A stretch of 64,000 nucleotides of DNA. It comes from Geosiphon pyriformis uo1. Lineage: Eukaryota; Fungi; Glomeromycota. The stretch lies in contig JAAOMT010000031.1 in assembly GCA_016748015.1 (NCBI GenBank), positions 124,001 through 188,000 on the forward strand, written 5' to 3'. The position numbers were made by a program, and so were the translations under genes. Within the stretch, counting starts at the first letter, position 1, and each line of letters starts with the position of its first letter. This document shows, piece by piece, positions 49,319 through 62,814 of the stretch. The notes under the pieces are model-generated. The model saw only the letters and a program-made list of their open reading frames with translations, was not told where the DNA came from and ran no database searches.

Positions 49319-52041
49319 GGTTTGACTAATGGATATCATGTTCATGATAGTTTGGATCAGAAGGAGGTTTTCTCACCTCTTCTATGGCACATTTTCTATG
49401 ATTCACTTTTGTGCAAAATTAAGCAACAAGGGAGTGTTTGTGGATACAAATTGAATTCTCATTTTATTTCCAAAACTAGCTGGGCCAAATCTCAGGCTGG
49501 GTTGATTAAGTTTTTTGTAGCAGGTGTTTTTGTTGATAATACCATATGGGTTGGTAGTAGCCAAGCCACTACACAGCACATACTTGATGTAACTAGTGAG
49601 TTTTTTGAATTTAATGACATTTTCATTAATAATAATAAGACTATGGCCATTCCTATTAACTGTTGGGTTGAGTCCCTATATCTGACTATTAGTGGCTTGC
49701 CAATTTTTATTGCTAAAAAGAGGGAATCTCACCATTATCTGGGCATTTTTTTGTTATCTGAGAGTTTATTAAAGCCTAATTTGGCTAAGGCCCATTTAGA
49801 CGTTCGATTTTTTGTTAATCTTGTCATGAGGAAGGCAATTTCAAATAAGCAGTTTACATATTTAGTGTCTGCTGTCCTTTTTCTGATTGTTGGCTACAGG
49901 ACTCAGTTCTGCTATATTTCTTTCAGTGTGTATAATAAGTGAGATGCTCTAATTCAAAAGGGTCTAAAATCTAAATCTGGCCTTCCACATGACTTTCCGA
50001 GTGATGGAATCTATTATCTTTCTTTGTATGGTTTAAAATTTTTTGAGCAGATCCAGGCTGAAAGCAAATTTGCTTCTGTGGTTTCTTTTGCTAATTTAGT
50101 TGAAATCTTAGATCAGTTGTTTTCTTACAGGTTTCATGATCTTTAAGTTCTCAGTTGGTGTTCTCGTCACTCTTTGGTGTTCCCGACTTGTATTGGCATC
50201 ACCTCTTCAAATAGTTTTTTGGCAGGTGTGGTTTGTATTTTTTTTGGGTGTGATTTGTCATTGAACAATTCTCTGTTTTGTGTCTTTTGTCTTCGGGAAG
50301 ACACCCCTATTTTTCTTGTTCTCGGCAAGCCCAATTTTCTCAAATGTGTCTCCTCATTCAAGTGTTATGGTATCGCGTTTGTGGAGCAGCTTTATGATCG
50401 AAATAGTGTTGTTTTTAGTTGGAAAGCTTTCAAGTATTGGAAGAGGCTAGATCCCCGTGGATTCATTCCTTTATGGTTTGATCTCTCTGTTTGTTTTCTC
50501 AGTGGTGCTGTGCCTTTTTCTGTTGAATCTTTGTTTGGGAATAATTGTGCCCTATTTGATGTTTATTAATCTTGTGGTTTTGGTGTTGTTTGTGATAATC
50601 TGTTGAATGTTAATGCGGCTTGCCTTTCTGTATATACGGATGGGTCTCTGAGTGGTTTGAGAACTCGTAATATGAAGGCTGGTACTGCTGTTTTTTTTGA
50701 GAACATTAATTTAGGTTTGGGCATAAGCATGTCTGGTCTAGTTTCTTCTACAATGGTGGAGTTGCAAGTCATTTCTTTGGCTTTTGAGTGTGTTCTTTCT
50801 TCTTGTTCAGTTAACTTGTTCTCGGACAGCCAGGCTGCTTTGGATGCTTGCAAGTCTGAGTCTCTGTTGGTTTGTCTGGATTTCAGAAATCAGTGTTGGA
50901 TTAAATGTTGTCACATTGCTAATATTATTTGTCAGAAAAATTTGGATGTGAATTGGATCAAAGTTAAAGGTCATTCAGATATCCTAAGCAATGTGTGAGC
51001 TGATGCACTTGCTATGAATGCTGCCTCTTTTTCTTGGCAGCTGCCCCATATAGTCAGTGAATGTTTTCTGAAGGCTGGTGGTACTGCATTATCTGGTAAT
51101 TCAAGACATTTTGTCCGTGGTGTTTTCCAGTTTGTTTATCAAGCACGTTGGAAGATTGGCTTTGGTTCTGAAGTTGTGGTGGATAGTTTGCAGAGTGAAA
51201 TTGATTGGTCCAAGTCTTCTTTGGTGTGGCACCCGGATTCTCACATGGCTGCTGGTTTTACTAGTGTGCAGACAGCCAGCTTTCAGACATATTTCATGAA
51301 GGCCCTGCACCATTGTCTTCCTGTTGCTGTGTGTAAGCACCTGTATGATAAGTGTTACCCTAGTATGGTTTGTTTGTTCTGTGGCAATATCAAGATTTCA
51401 GACCATGTCTTTTTCTGTTTTTTTGATACTGCTGGTTATGCTCAATTGATAGATATTCATGTGGATGTCTGAGCGGTGCGTTCTGGTTTGTCTTGTTCTT
51501 CTTTGTGTGTTTCTTGATTGTTGTTGATTTGCAGCTCTGATGTGACAATTGGTGTGGCTCTGTGTAAGGGCTTTGTTTTCAATGATTTGTATTATGAGTC
51601 TGTTTCTGTTTACAAGGATCCTAAGGTGGCAGTTTTTAATGTTGTGGATTTTGTTTGCAAGTTTTGTCTTGCATTCTATGATGATATCTGGCTGGTCCAT
51701 GCAAGACACTGGACCATTATAAAGAAGAATAAGCTAATTCTACATAATGGCTCTGTCCCTGTCTCTATTTCCAGTTTTGCTTTCCGGCTTTTAGTTGGTG
51801 TAGTTAGGTTGTTGGGTATTGCAGATGCACTCAGCATTAGTTTTGGGTTTTGCAAGTCTTGTTTATTTTTTGTGGATATTAGTAATGTGGTTTCTGTTGG
51901 TATAAGTGCATAGTGTTGTTCTAACTGGTCTGAATAACTGGTCACATGTAGGAAAAGCATAATTCACACCTAGTTTAGATCATTTGAATGATGTATAGTT
52001 CTAGGTAGCATTTGAACTTCACTCATTAAAAGAGGAAAAAA
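49319..52041 (+). mobile_element. 5'-truncated LINE: C-terminal RT, RNase H, CCHC motif, 3' UTR, poly(A) and 9-bp TSD
   Basis: RT GVFVDNT (ex-FVDD); RNase H VYTDGS...ELQVI...FSDSQAA...KVKGHS; CLFCG...DHVFFC; A-tail from 52036; TSD AAAAATATA at 49310-49318 and 52042-52050. Confidence 0.9.
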
Positions 52042-52377
52042 AAAAATATAAACTAATTAATATTAAATTTAATTTAAATAAAGCTGTTAAATAGTAAAAT
52101 AAATTTATTGTAAATAGTAATTTTTTAGTTGTGATTTTACATAAAATGAGTTTTTAAAGAAAGTTTTTTTTTATAAAATTAATATAATTTAATTTAAATT
52201 GGACTTATATTTAATTACATATAAAAAACATATAAACTATATTTAATTTAAATTATTTAGTTTAACTTATTATATTAGATATATTATAATTAAAAAAAAA
52301 TCAAATATTTAAAAACCATTCTTTTTAATTAATTAAAATAATAATTATTAAAAACATTAATAAAAATTACTTACTTT

Positions 52378-53202
52378 TTATTTATTATTTTTATAAATAT
52401 AGTCTAATTATTACTTAAAAATCTATAATTATATAAAATTTTATATTAAATATGATTTATGTTTTTTCTATATGTAATTAATTACTTGGATTAATTAAAA
52501 CAGCATTATATACTTAATTTATCTATTATAATAAAGTCATATAAAAAACTGAAATATATACTGATTAAATAAAAATACAATTCAAAACAAACATATATAT
52601 TCAATCTGATGTTAAAATTGTAAATTATTTTAAGAGAATACAAAAATAATAAACCAAAAATAATTAAACCACAAATTTATTACATAATAAGAGATTATAT
52701 ATTTTATAATACATTCTTAATTTAATAGCCAGCAATTATATAACAGATCTATAACTCTCAACAAAATCTTAGATTAAATTAATAACTAACAAATTACTAT
52801 TAGATTCAATGCTCAACAAATATATTATATTAATTATTCATTTTTTTATTATAAAATCTTTAGTTAGTAACATATATAAATAACTTAAAAACTTAGTTTT
52901 ATATAAAAATTAAAGCACTTCACAATTAGTAGTATAAACATTTAGCAAATTAGTTTATTCTTAAATAGTATTTAAAATTAATTCTTTCTTAATATAATTA
53001 TTATAAATATATAAAAACATATAGTTAAAGTTCTTAATCAATTCATATTGAATACACAATATACTAGAATAACTTGAATTGTATAATCTTTTTTTCTTGA
53101 CCACAGACAAGTAATAGTACAAAGTTTTTATAAAATAAAACTAAAATGCCACAAAGCAAAGCTAGTAAAGTTAAAACAAACTCAACTATTAGAATACTAT
53201 AT
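52378..53202 (-). mobile_element. Old hypermutated LINE, 3' part (split by element H)
   Basis: The reverse complement reads as decayed WHPD...YFIKTL...KRLYN.SY.S.LCI; its 3' UTR matches 51900-52035. Confidence 0.75.
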
Positions 53203-53881
53203 TGTTACAATTAAACTTATATTTTTTATTAATTATTACATATATTAGCCACTAATGTTATATAAATTAGCCACTTTATTTTTAGAAAGTGATTATTGAC
53301 CTGATCATTAATCTGATTATTAACCTAGTTATTGACCTAATTATTGACCACTTTTGATAGCTATATAAGTGATGAATTTCTTAGCTGTAGAAAAGCATAT
53401 AGAAATTAAAAGAAAAAAATAAAATAAAATAACAACTTCATTTCAATTCTTTTCTTATCGCTAATTTTCTTTTTTCTATCTTTAAGTATCCAAATATCTT
53501 GGAATAAAAGACTACTTGTTGGTTATTTTCTAATTTTTTTCTGAAACATGTAATTGCAGCATTTAAAGATTATTGAATAAAACATAACTGAAGAGTACAT
53601 CTGATATCTAATATTGAATTTTAAGAGCACTAATGTGAAGCATAGAATTATACCAGTATGTGATCATTTATTAACAGTACAGACTATCCATCTACCTTTA
53701 AATTCTCTGGTTATCTTTTAAAAAGTACAGCAACTGAGATATTTTATGAGACTGATCTCGCATATTGAATTTTTACTCATTTAATTCATTCCTTAAAGTT
53801 GAAATTCTTTTGATTATTTTTATTATCTTACAATCCTGTTCTCCCTTGCTATCTGTTAGCTTGTTACTCCAACCCATAACA
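53203..53881 (+). repeat. Element H 5' LTR
   Basis: TGTTAC..ATAACA; direct repeat of 60207-60910. Confidence 0.95.
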
Positions 53882-53933
53882 TAAAAGTAGTGCTCCCTGT
53901 AAGGTTGTCAAATTCCACTTTGTTTTCTATTGT

Positions 53934-55486
53934 ATGGGTAATTATTCATATCTGCCACAACAATCAGAAGAACACTTTAAAGCACATAACAAAAATGATC
54001 TAGACTTTATTGAACTTAATCCTTTGCCCTCCTGCTTGATTTGCTTCTCTATTGAAAAATAATCCAGTAGACAATTCCAAGACTTTTGGAACTGGTTCCT
54101 GAATGAGTATTCAGCTGAAACCTATACAGCCTACACAACCTATTACTTTGACCAAGCTTATTTTGAAGACAACTTTGAAGAAAAAAACAACAGTATCAAT
54201 CAACTTTTATACTTCACAACTTTTGAACAACAGCTCCCTGATTTTAAATATCTGAATCATCAAATCCATATTTGGATTGCTGTTCATTAAGCAACTAAAA
54301 CTCCTTTTAAAACAGAAGAAGAAAGCTACCAAACTGCTCCTGTTTTTGATCTTTTATTAAGTGAATCAGATTTATCTACACAAACAGTTATTCCTGAACC
54401 AATGGCTAATGACCCTATACAACAAAACATTCTGATCACTCTCCAAGGCATACAAACTGCTTTAAGGCAAAGAAACAATATCCCACTACTATTATTCAAA
54501 GATAATACACAAAATCCAATTAAATAGTTAGATAACTTTGAAAAAATAACCACAGCCAACCAATATGATAATGAATACAAGTTCCAAATTGTTGGTGGCT
54601 ATCTTCAAGACTCTTCTGCTACTTGGTTCTTACAAAAAACCAATGCTAATGCTCAGCAAAGAATTATTAAATGGCACCAGCAAATACTGAAGAAGACAAT
54701 ATTTTTTTTACTATCTGGTTTGAAATAAAATTTAGAACTCTTATTTTAATATCCAAATGATATATGGAACTAGAAAAAAGAATTCAAGGTCTTGGTAAAA
54801 CTGTAACTAAATATGCAAAAGCAATCAAAAAGTTAATCAAGTGAGTAGACTCTGAAAGAAACTGGACAAAAGAGCAGAAAACTTACTTCTTTATAAGAAA
54901 ATTGAGAACTGATCTTTTATATGCTTTTTGGTCTTTTTTGGCCCTAAAAGACAATTCCACAATAGATATGGCTGTTGAACTAGCCCAATGAATTGAAAAC
55001 AATTAAAAGATGCACTTGGGATCTATGCTTTCAGTTTTTGTTCCTGCTTCTGTTATGGCTCTTGCTCCTCAAATGGCTGCCACTTTTTTTACTGCTTAAA
55101 CTTCAGATCTCAATAAACAATTAATAAATAGACTCACAGCCAATCTTGTCCAGTTATTAAAACCCTTAGCTCAAGCAGTCAGAGAAAATTAACAAACTCA
55201 AAGACCCAGATTTAAACTCCATTTTAATTAGTTCCAACAACCTCTTTATTAAAGACAACAAAATTGTGGCCCACTTGTATGTTATCACTGTAAATTAACT
55301 GGATATTTCTTTAGAGATTGCAACAATTTTCTTTTACTTCTTCCAGCTCTCAGAAACAATAACAATTAAAATAACAAAATCATCAACAATAATGTCTTTA
55401 ATCAAAGACCCAATCATGCCAACATCAATTTCTTTGGACAGAATTCTTTAGTTAAAGCCACTGTTTATCAGTCTTTAAATTGGTAG
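53934..55486 (+). pseudogene. Element H gag (disrupted)
   Basis: ATG at 53934 (MGNYSY...); capsid-like region; decayed CCHC knuckle (CYHCKLTGYFFRDC) near 55280-55321; stop TAG 55484-55486. Confidence 0.85.
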
Positions 55487-55512
55487 GTGCATCTCCAAAA
55501 GGTGAGAGTGCA
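55474..55512 (+). promoter_or_regulatory. -1 ribosomal frameshift signal at the gag/pol junction of element H
   Basis: Slippery T TTA AAT (55474-55480), 7-nt spacer, stem TGCATCTC / GAGAGTGCA; pol ORF 55480 is -1 relative to gag. Confidence 0.75.
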
Positions 55513-58154
55513 AGCCAACCAGAAGAAAACTTTTTTTATGTTTTTAGCCCAACTAATAATGACCATAATATAAATGAATTAGCAATCAACACCTCTGAAT
55601 TAACAAAAAAAAAGAAGAAAGCCAAGGTTGATTTTATTCTGGACCCAAACAAGGCATCTAAATTAACTGTTAATAACAATGAGCCATCAAAGACTAAAGT
55701 CTTTAAGAATTCTCCAAAGTTAGAACTCCCAGAAATTGTACAAAAATCTGGACCTTATTTTGTTGTCAAAGATCTCATGGAAACACCTGTTTATATTACT
55801 TTTGGCCAGTTAATAACCCATCCCCAATTCAGAAAAGATCTTTGCAAATTTTTAATTCCCAAGAAAAAGACACCAAAGACCAACAAACACTCATGTCAGG
55901 CTGGACTTGCTGATAATAGCAATGTTACCCCTCTCATTTGTAAAGCCCAAGTGGCTGGTTATTTCATTAATCTGATCCTGGACAGTGAATCATTTGTTAG
56001 CATTATTGCCAAACACTTCTTAAAAGCAATTGGCAGAAAAATTAATAAACTGTCTACAAGACCAATCACCAATGTACATAGTGATAAAAAGAAAGATCTG
56101 GGCATAGCCAAAGCTGTTTCTGCCCAAATTAATGGCATCAACATTGAAACTAACATGGAAGTATCTGAAGTAAAAGAATACACCATAATAGTTGGCAATA
56201 AATGGCTTAAGAAAGCAAAAGCTTTGCTTGATTATAAACTTTGTAAACTGACTATCAGATGTGGTGAAAAACCTATTGTGGTTAAGTGTTACTATTGGAC
56301 AACTCTTCTAATACTCAAACAAAGCCAAGAAGAAAAGCAATCAGACAAATCAGATGATGAAAAAAGTGAAAAAGATAATAAACAAGAAGAACAAAAAGAA
56401 ACTACTGAACTTGCCTACACCATTTTTACCAGCAATAGCAAGCCATTAGATAATGTCAAAGCAGATAAAGAAGGAATCATGATAAATGGCAAGCTGATCT
56501 GCTGGCCCTAATATGATATTCTCAGAAAAATCTTTGACAGAAAGCCTGGCAAAAAAACAAAATACAGTTATTGGTAGCATGATTCTTGTGTTTGGTGCTG
56601 GTGCAATAAACCATTGTATTCTCCTAGTGATAAATGCATGTCTTGTCTAATTTATTACAAAAATTGGAAACCAATCAGCTTAATACTATGAAGAAATAAA
56701 AGAAGTCCAAAAGTCTTTTGAGAATGAACCACTTAAGATCCAATTATTAATTATAGAACAAAGAGAACTCTTCCCTAAAGAAAAAAAAGTGGACATTGAA
56801 AACCTATTGGCTAAAAATAGCCCAGTTATATCCAAAGAAAGTAATGCTTCTGGACCCACTTATGCAATACAACATATTATTACCACCAGAAAAACTTGTC
56901 CCATCCACTTGAAGCCCTATTAATCTAACTATCGAAATGATGAATTTATTAAGAAAGAAATAAACCAGATGAAAAATTTTGGATTCATACAAGAAACCAA
57001 GAGTGAATGGGCATTTTCAGTTGTAGTAATATTCAAGAAAGATGGAACTCTATGCTTCTGTGTTGACTACTGTCAATTAAATGCTATTACTATAAGAGAC
57101 ATATATCTATTTTCCAAAATTGATGCAATGCTGAATAAATTCAATAGTGCTGCTTTTTTCTCAACCATTGACTTAACTGCTAGATTCTGGCAAGTAAAGA
57201 TGGATCCAGAAAGCAGAAAGAAAACTGCTTTCATTATCAAGTATGGCACCTATGAATTTACAGTCATGTCTTTTAGTCTTATCAATGTCTTTCTCACTTT
57301 TTAATGCCTAATAGACAAAGTATTTGAATCAGTAAAAGAAAACTTTGTTCTGGTCTACTTAGATAACATAATAGTCTACTCAAAAACCTGGGATGAACAC
57401 CTTGAACATTTGCAGAAGGTTTTTGACCTGCTCAAAAATGCTGGCCTTAAGATCAACCCAATTAAATCTTTCTTTGAATGCCAATCCACCCAGTTTCTTG
57501 GTTATTTTATTACAAAAGATGGAATTTTTTTTAATACAGCTAAGATTGAAAAAGTTCAAAACATTAGACAACCAATGAATGTTTCTAAACTATGCTTTTT
57601 CCTTGGTTTGGCTTCTTATTATTACAAATTTATCAAAGATTTTTCCAAAATCGCCTTTTCTTTCAATCAACTACTTAAGAAAAATGTTAATTATTACTGG
57701 GGCACTCATCAACAAAAAGCCTTTGAAATTCTAAAGGAAAAACTTGTTACTGAACCAATTCTTAAGCAACTTGATCTGGACCAACTTTTTATTTTCTATA
57801 CTAATACATCTGGCTATAGACTTAGTGCTGTTTTTTTACAGAAAGATGAAAATGGCAGAGAACATGTCATAGCATATACCAGTAGATCTCTTACATTAGC
57901 AGAAAAGAACTATTCAGTAACTAAACAAGAATGCTTAGCAGTAGTTTGGGCTACTAGTTACTGAGACCAATATCTTTTTGGTATGAAATTTTTGGTAGTA
58001 ACAGATCATCAAGTCTTGGTTTGGCTGCACAATAAAAAAAAGCTAGAACACAAACAAATAACTTGCTGGATACTCTACTTAGATGAATTTGACTATGATA
58101 TTTAACATTACAAAAGAGCAAATCATTAAAATGCTGATGCTCTCTCTAGACTTA
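55480..58154 (+). pseudogene. Element H pol PR-RT-RNase H (disrupted)
   Basis: LILDSES (protease); CFCVDY...FWQV...YEFTVMSF...VYLDN; RNase H ends NADALSRLTIQ*. Confidence 0.92.
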
Positions 58155-58227
58155 CCATTCAATAATAATACAATCTCTCAAATCAAACCAACCTAATTAT
58201 TAATAACTTCTTTACAAATAAACATAA

Positions 58228-59480
58228 TAATAGACTTAGACAACTACTCTGCCTTAATAAAATTTTTGGATAAAGGATAATACCCACCAGAATACACTCG
58301 ATAGCAAAGAGAACATTTGTTCAAACAATCAAATTTTTATTTGATCCACCAGAACCAATTATATAAAAGAAACAAAAAAGATTTTGACCACCTCCAAAGA
58401 GTCATCAGATTTGAAGAAAGAGAAATTGTAATATATAACATGCACACTGACTCATTAGCTAGACATTTTGGAAAAACAAAAACAATTCAGAAAACTTTAG
58501 CTTGTTATTATTGGCCTATCTTGGGAAAAAACATTGCTGAATACATCAAAATCTGTGACATCTGCCAAAAAAGAGGCAAATCTAATCACAAAGAAAATAT
58601 TCATTCAATCTCTGTTGGTCAACTATTTAACAGAATTGATATAGATGTTGTTAGACTTTTAACAATAACTTCTGATGGCAACAGATATATTATCACAACT
58701 ACTGACTATTTTACAAAATGAGTAAAAGCAAGAATTACTCCAAATCAAACAGCAGTCTCAATAGCCAATTTTATTTATAAAGAGATCATCTGTTATTATG
58801 GCTGTCTCAAAGAACTTTTATCTGATAGAAAAAAAGCTTTTCTCAACACACTGGTTGAAGAACTTTGTAGAAAAATGGAAATATATCATAAACTTTCTTC
58901 TCCTTATTACTCTTAAACAAATGGCTTAATAAAACATTTTAATAGAACGCTATGTAAGACTCTAACCAAAACCAGTGAAAAAACAAACTTATGGAACAAA
59001 GTACTGCTTTTAGCTTTGTTTGCTTATAGAACTGTGAATCATGATATAACAAGTTATGAACTTTTTTATTTGCTTTATAGATGCATGACAACACTACCAA
59101 TAGAAACTAATATTAAGATAATACTTTTTGAAGAAATTACAATAGAAAATTACAAAGACATTTTGCAAAAAAAACTTGATACCATTCTTGACTCCTTGGT
59201 AGAAGCACGAATAATTGCTTTTGAAAAGATAAAACAGTTTCAAGAAAAGCTTAAAAAAAAATCTATAAAATACTCTCTTTAAATGTTAATAATTTGGTAT
59301 TGGAATACCATTCAGACAGAAACAATGTCTATGATAATAAATTCTTTAACCAATGAAAAGAACCCTTTATAGTCAACAAAGTTTTGAACAATGGTTCTTA
59401 TATTCTTCAAAATCAATCCAGAACAATTTTTAATGATCATCTTGTTCATAGTACATAATTCAAGAAATAGTATAAATAAC
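58228..59480 (+). pseudogene. Element H integrase (separate frame, disrupted)
   Basis: MHTDSLARHFG...CDICQ (HHCC), IDIDVV core, ORFs 58317-58721 and 59016-59282. Confidence 0.88.
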
Positions 59481-59484
59481 TTAA

Positions 59485-60200
59485 TTGGTTGCCTATTGTG
59501 ATAATACCAACTTAAATAATCAGCAAAAATCAAGTATAAATAAATGCACCATTTTCAAAACAGAAGTATCTTCAATTAACATAAACAATTATTTTCTGGA
59601 TCAAAACATTCAAAATGCTTTCTATACTCTCCATGAGTATTGGATCAAAAACTATTTAAATGCTACTCTGATTATTGGAAAACAGACCACCATAACTGAT
59701 AACAGTGAAAAACATACTGTTATTAGATCAAAGAAAACTACTATTAAAAGAGAAAAAATTGGTAGCAAAATAGATAAATATTTGTTGAAAAGTATAATAG
59801 CAGCTATACTCCCACCTTCCAGCACAATTGGAAAAACACTCCAAAAAATTTTACCTATAGACAAAAACTTGACATATGAAAGGCAATTAGAACTCTATGG
59901 TTGCCTTGAAAAAATCATAGAAAATATGAAATTCATGAAGAAAACAACTTTAGAGATACAGGCAGAAATTTTGGGCATTATATAGTTAGATGTTCCAAGA
60001 GTTTTAATTATTGCTAAAAGAGCCAAAACTTTAATACAAAGATTTGGTCTTTTAAATACAAAACTTATTTCACCTTAAGTATTATATATCCTATTCACAA
60101 AAGACTTTAACAAACTAATTAGCTTTGAGTTAAATAAAACTCTTTAAATAGATTATATTATGAATAGTTTGATTTTGCCAGAGCTTAATCTTTTTGGAGA
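59485..60200 (+). pseudogene. Element H ORF3 (accessory protein, disrupted)
   Basis: The 166-aa ORF 59485-59985 continues past stops to ...RVLIIAKRAKTLIQRFG...FDFARA just before the PPT. Confidence 0.65.
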
Positions 60201-60206
60201 AAATAA

Positions 60207-60910
60207 TGTTATGGTTGAAACTTATACTTCTTATTAATTATCACATGTATTAGCCACTAATTTCATATAAATTAGCCATTCTATTTTTAGAAAGTGATTA
60301 TTGATCTGACCATTGACCTAATCATTGACCTGATTATTAACCTGATCATTGATCTAGTTGTTGACTTAATCATTGATCACTTTTGATAGCTATATAAGTA
60401 ATGAATCTTTTAGCTGTAAAAAAGCATGTAGGAATTAAAAGAAAAAAATAAAATAAAATAACAACTTCATCTCAATCCTTCTCTTATCACTAATTTCTTT
60501 TTCACTACTTTCAAGTATCCAAACATCTTGGAATAAAAGACTACTTGTTGGTTATTTTCTATCTTTTTCCTAAAATGTGTAATTGCAGCATTTAAAGATT
60601 ATTGAATAAAATATGACTAAAAAATACATCTAATACTTGATATTGAATTCTAAGAGTGTCAACATGAGGCATAAAATTATACTAGTGTGTGATTATTTGT
60701 TAACAGTACAGACTATTCCTCTACCTTTAAATTCTCTGGTTATCTTTTGAAAAGTACAGTAACTGAGATATTTTATGAGACTGATCTTGCACATTGAATT
60801 CTTACTTATTCAATTCACTTCTTGAAGTTGAAATCCCTTTGATTATTTCCATTATCTTACAATCTTGTTCTCTTTTGCTATCTGTTAGCTTGTTACTCTA
60901 ACTTGTAACA
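60207..60910 (+). repeat. Element H 3' LTR
   Basis: TGTTAT..GTAACA; carries two extra 12-bp units compared with the 5' LTR. Confidence 0.95.
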
Positions 60911-60914
60911 ATAT

Positions 60915-61600
60915 ATTAAAGATTCTATATATATTAAAAAAATTGCAAAGCATTCTATTTACAGTATTATTAGCATATTTAAATTTCCAATTAATAAAAC
61001 CAATAGTCTCAAACAGACATTTAACAAAGTAATAAACATTTTCAGAAACAAATATGCTTTTAATAGCAAAAAAATAGTATAGTATTCTAACAGACAATAT
61101 AAATTAAATATAATGCCAATATTAAAAAAATTTATATGTTTATTGTTAATAACCCCAGAATAATTCTTGATCTTATTTCAATCAACTAACAGATTCTTAA
61201 ATATAATAGTCTAATAAATATGTTTACTTTCTATTTAGCATTTATTACAAAAATTGAAACTAATATTTTTTCTAATCAAAACACACATATTCAATAATAT
61301 TTAACTATTTATAAACAATATAACCAAACTGTATATAAGAACATATTTCAAAGCAAAAGTAATAGTCTGCAATTTTATTAGAGTTAAAGAGAACAAGTTA
61401 TGTATTCTAATCTTTATATTTATATTAATGTCTAAAAAATAGACAACAGCACTATTGTAAACACTTACAGATTCTAAATCTTTGACTAATTTATTTATAT
61501 AAACAACTATATTATTAGATCTATTTTTTATAAAACACTTATTAACAAAGCCAAAGTTGTACAAACAACCACTAAGAACAGATACTTTTTAAATAAGTAT
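60915..61600 (-). mobile_element. Old hypermutated LINE, RNase H part (continuation of 52378-53202)
   Basis: ORF 61301-61564 VVYINKLVK...TLIKLQTITFALK...LFINS is a decayed VYTDGS...ELQAIALAL...FTDS. Confidence 0.75.
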
Positions 61601-61832
61601 TATATTAATATATTTAAAAAAAATTTGAAATTTTAAAAAAACTTTTTTTTCTAATTTTATAATCATAATCAGAACAAAAAATAAAAAAATTTTAACCATT
61701 ATTTTTTCTATAATAATTAATAAAGTTTTAATAAAAAAAAGTTTTTTTGTTGTTAAAATAGCTAATAAAATATTTTAATAATGTTTTTTTTAAATATAAA
61801 TAAAAAGCTGTTTTTAATAACTTTTAAAACAT

Positions 61833-62729
61833 TGTTACTTGAGTAGAAAAACCAATCCAAAGTTATGAAAAAAACATGACCAAAAACATAATGACATGAA
61901 ATAACACAAGATAACCCAAAAGAACATAAAATAACATGTAATAACTTAAGATAACATAATATAAAACTTAATAATGTGTTATAATATGAAATAACTAGTT
62001 AAAACATAAGATAACTAGTAATAATATAAAAAAATAAAGCAATAATAGAAATAGCAAAGCAATAGCTAACAAGAATAAAACAATTAAAAAAACAATTTTG
62101 TAAAACCAAAAAAAATGTATAAAAATAAGTAGTTGTAAAAGTTAGAAAGACAGCCAAAAAAAAAGAATCAATTTTTTTTTATAATTATTACATCTTATGA
62201 AAAATAAAAAATCTATTTAAAATCTGAAATTATTGATATATAATTATCAACCATCCTGTGTTTTTTTTATACTAATTATTGTTTTGTACTTTTGTTCTGG
62301 GCCAGATGCTTTTAGCATAAATATCTCAAACCCTTTTACGAGTTGGCATTCTGATTGCAATTAAGTAACAATCTGAATCAATTACTCTTGATTATAACAA
62401 TTGATAATATTAATTTATTTATTTTTATTTTATTTTTTCTTGTAAAGCAGCAACATAAAAAAATTAACTGTTTGGAAATAGACTTTGTGATAGCCTAGTA
62501 AAAGAGAAAAGCTTTTTTTAAGTTTGGATATTAATATTATCCTGGTAGCTTACCAAAATGGCAAAAAGACACCACCAGATTTTAATGACTGTACTTGTTA
62601 GCTTAGAGAAGATAGCTTATATTTACACAAAAAGTTGCAATATTGTAAAATATCTTTCTGTGCCTTATAACCAAAGAACTTTATGAGTAAATTTATATCA
62701 ATCAAACAGACTTTTAGAGACTAATAACA
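61833..62729 (+). repeat. Probable LTR of a further Gypsy family (right boundary uncertain)
   Basis: Starts TGTTAC; 10-bp ATAACACAAG-like array at ~61875-62030; patchy similarity to the A LTR; candidate end CTAATAACA; no matching TSD found. Confidence 0.45.
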
Positions 62730-62814
62730 CTAACACATCAAATAAATTTATCAAAAAAAACCCATTAAAAGCTCTCTATAAATCCAAATCTTGAGCACCA
62801 AATATTATTGTTAT

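Larger units (their letters stand above)
53203..60910 (+). mobile_element. Gypsy element H, full length, ATAT TSD, no dUTPase
   Basis: LTRs 53203-53881 and 60207-60910; TSD ATAT at 53199-53202 and 60911-60914; PBS TAGTGCTCCCTGTAAGG 53888-53904; PPT ~60196-60206. Confidence 0.95.

Noticed and set aside
62785-62812. PBS-like TGGTGCTCAAG on the minus strand
   Set aside because: Too little adjoining LTR or gag sequence to support a separate element call.
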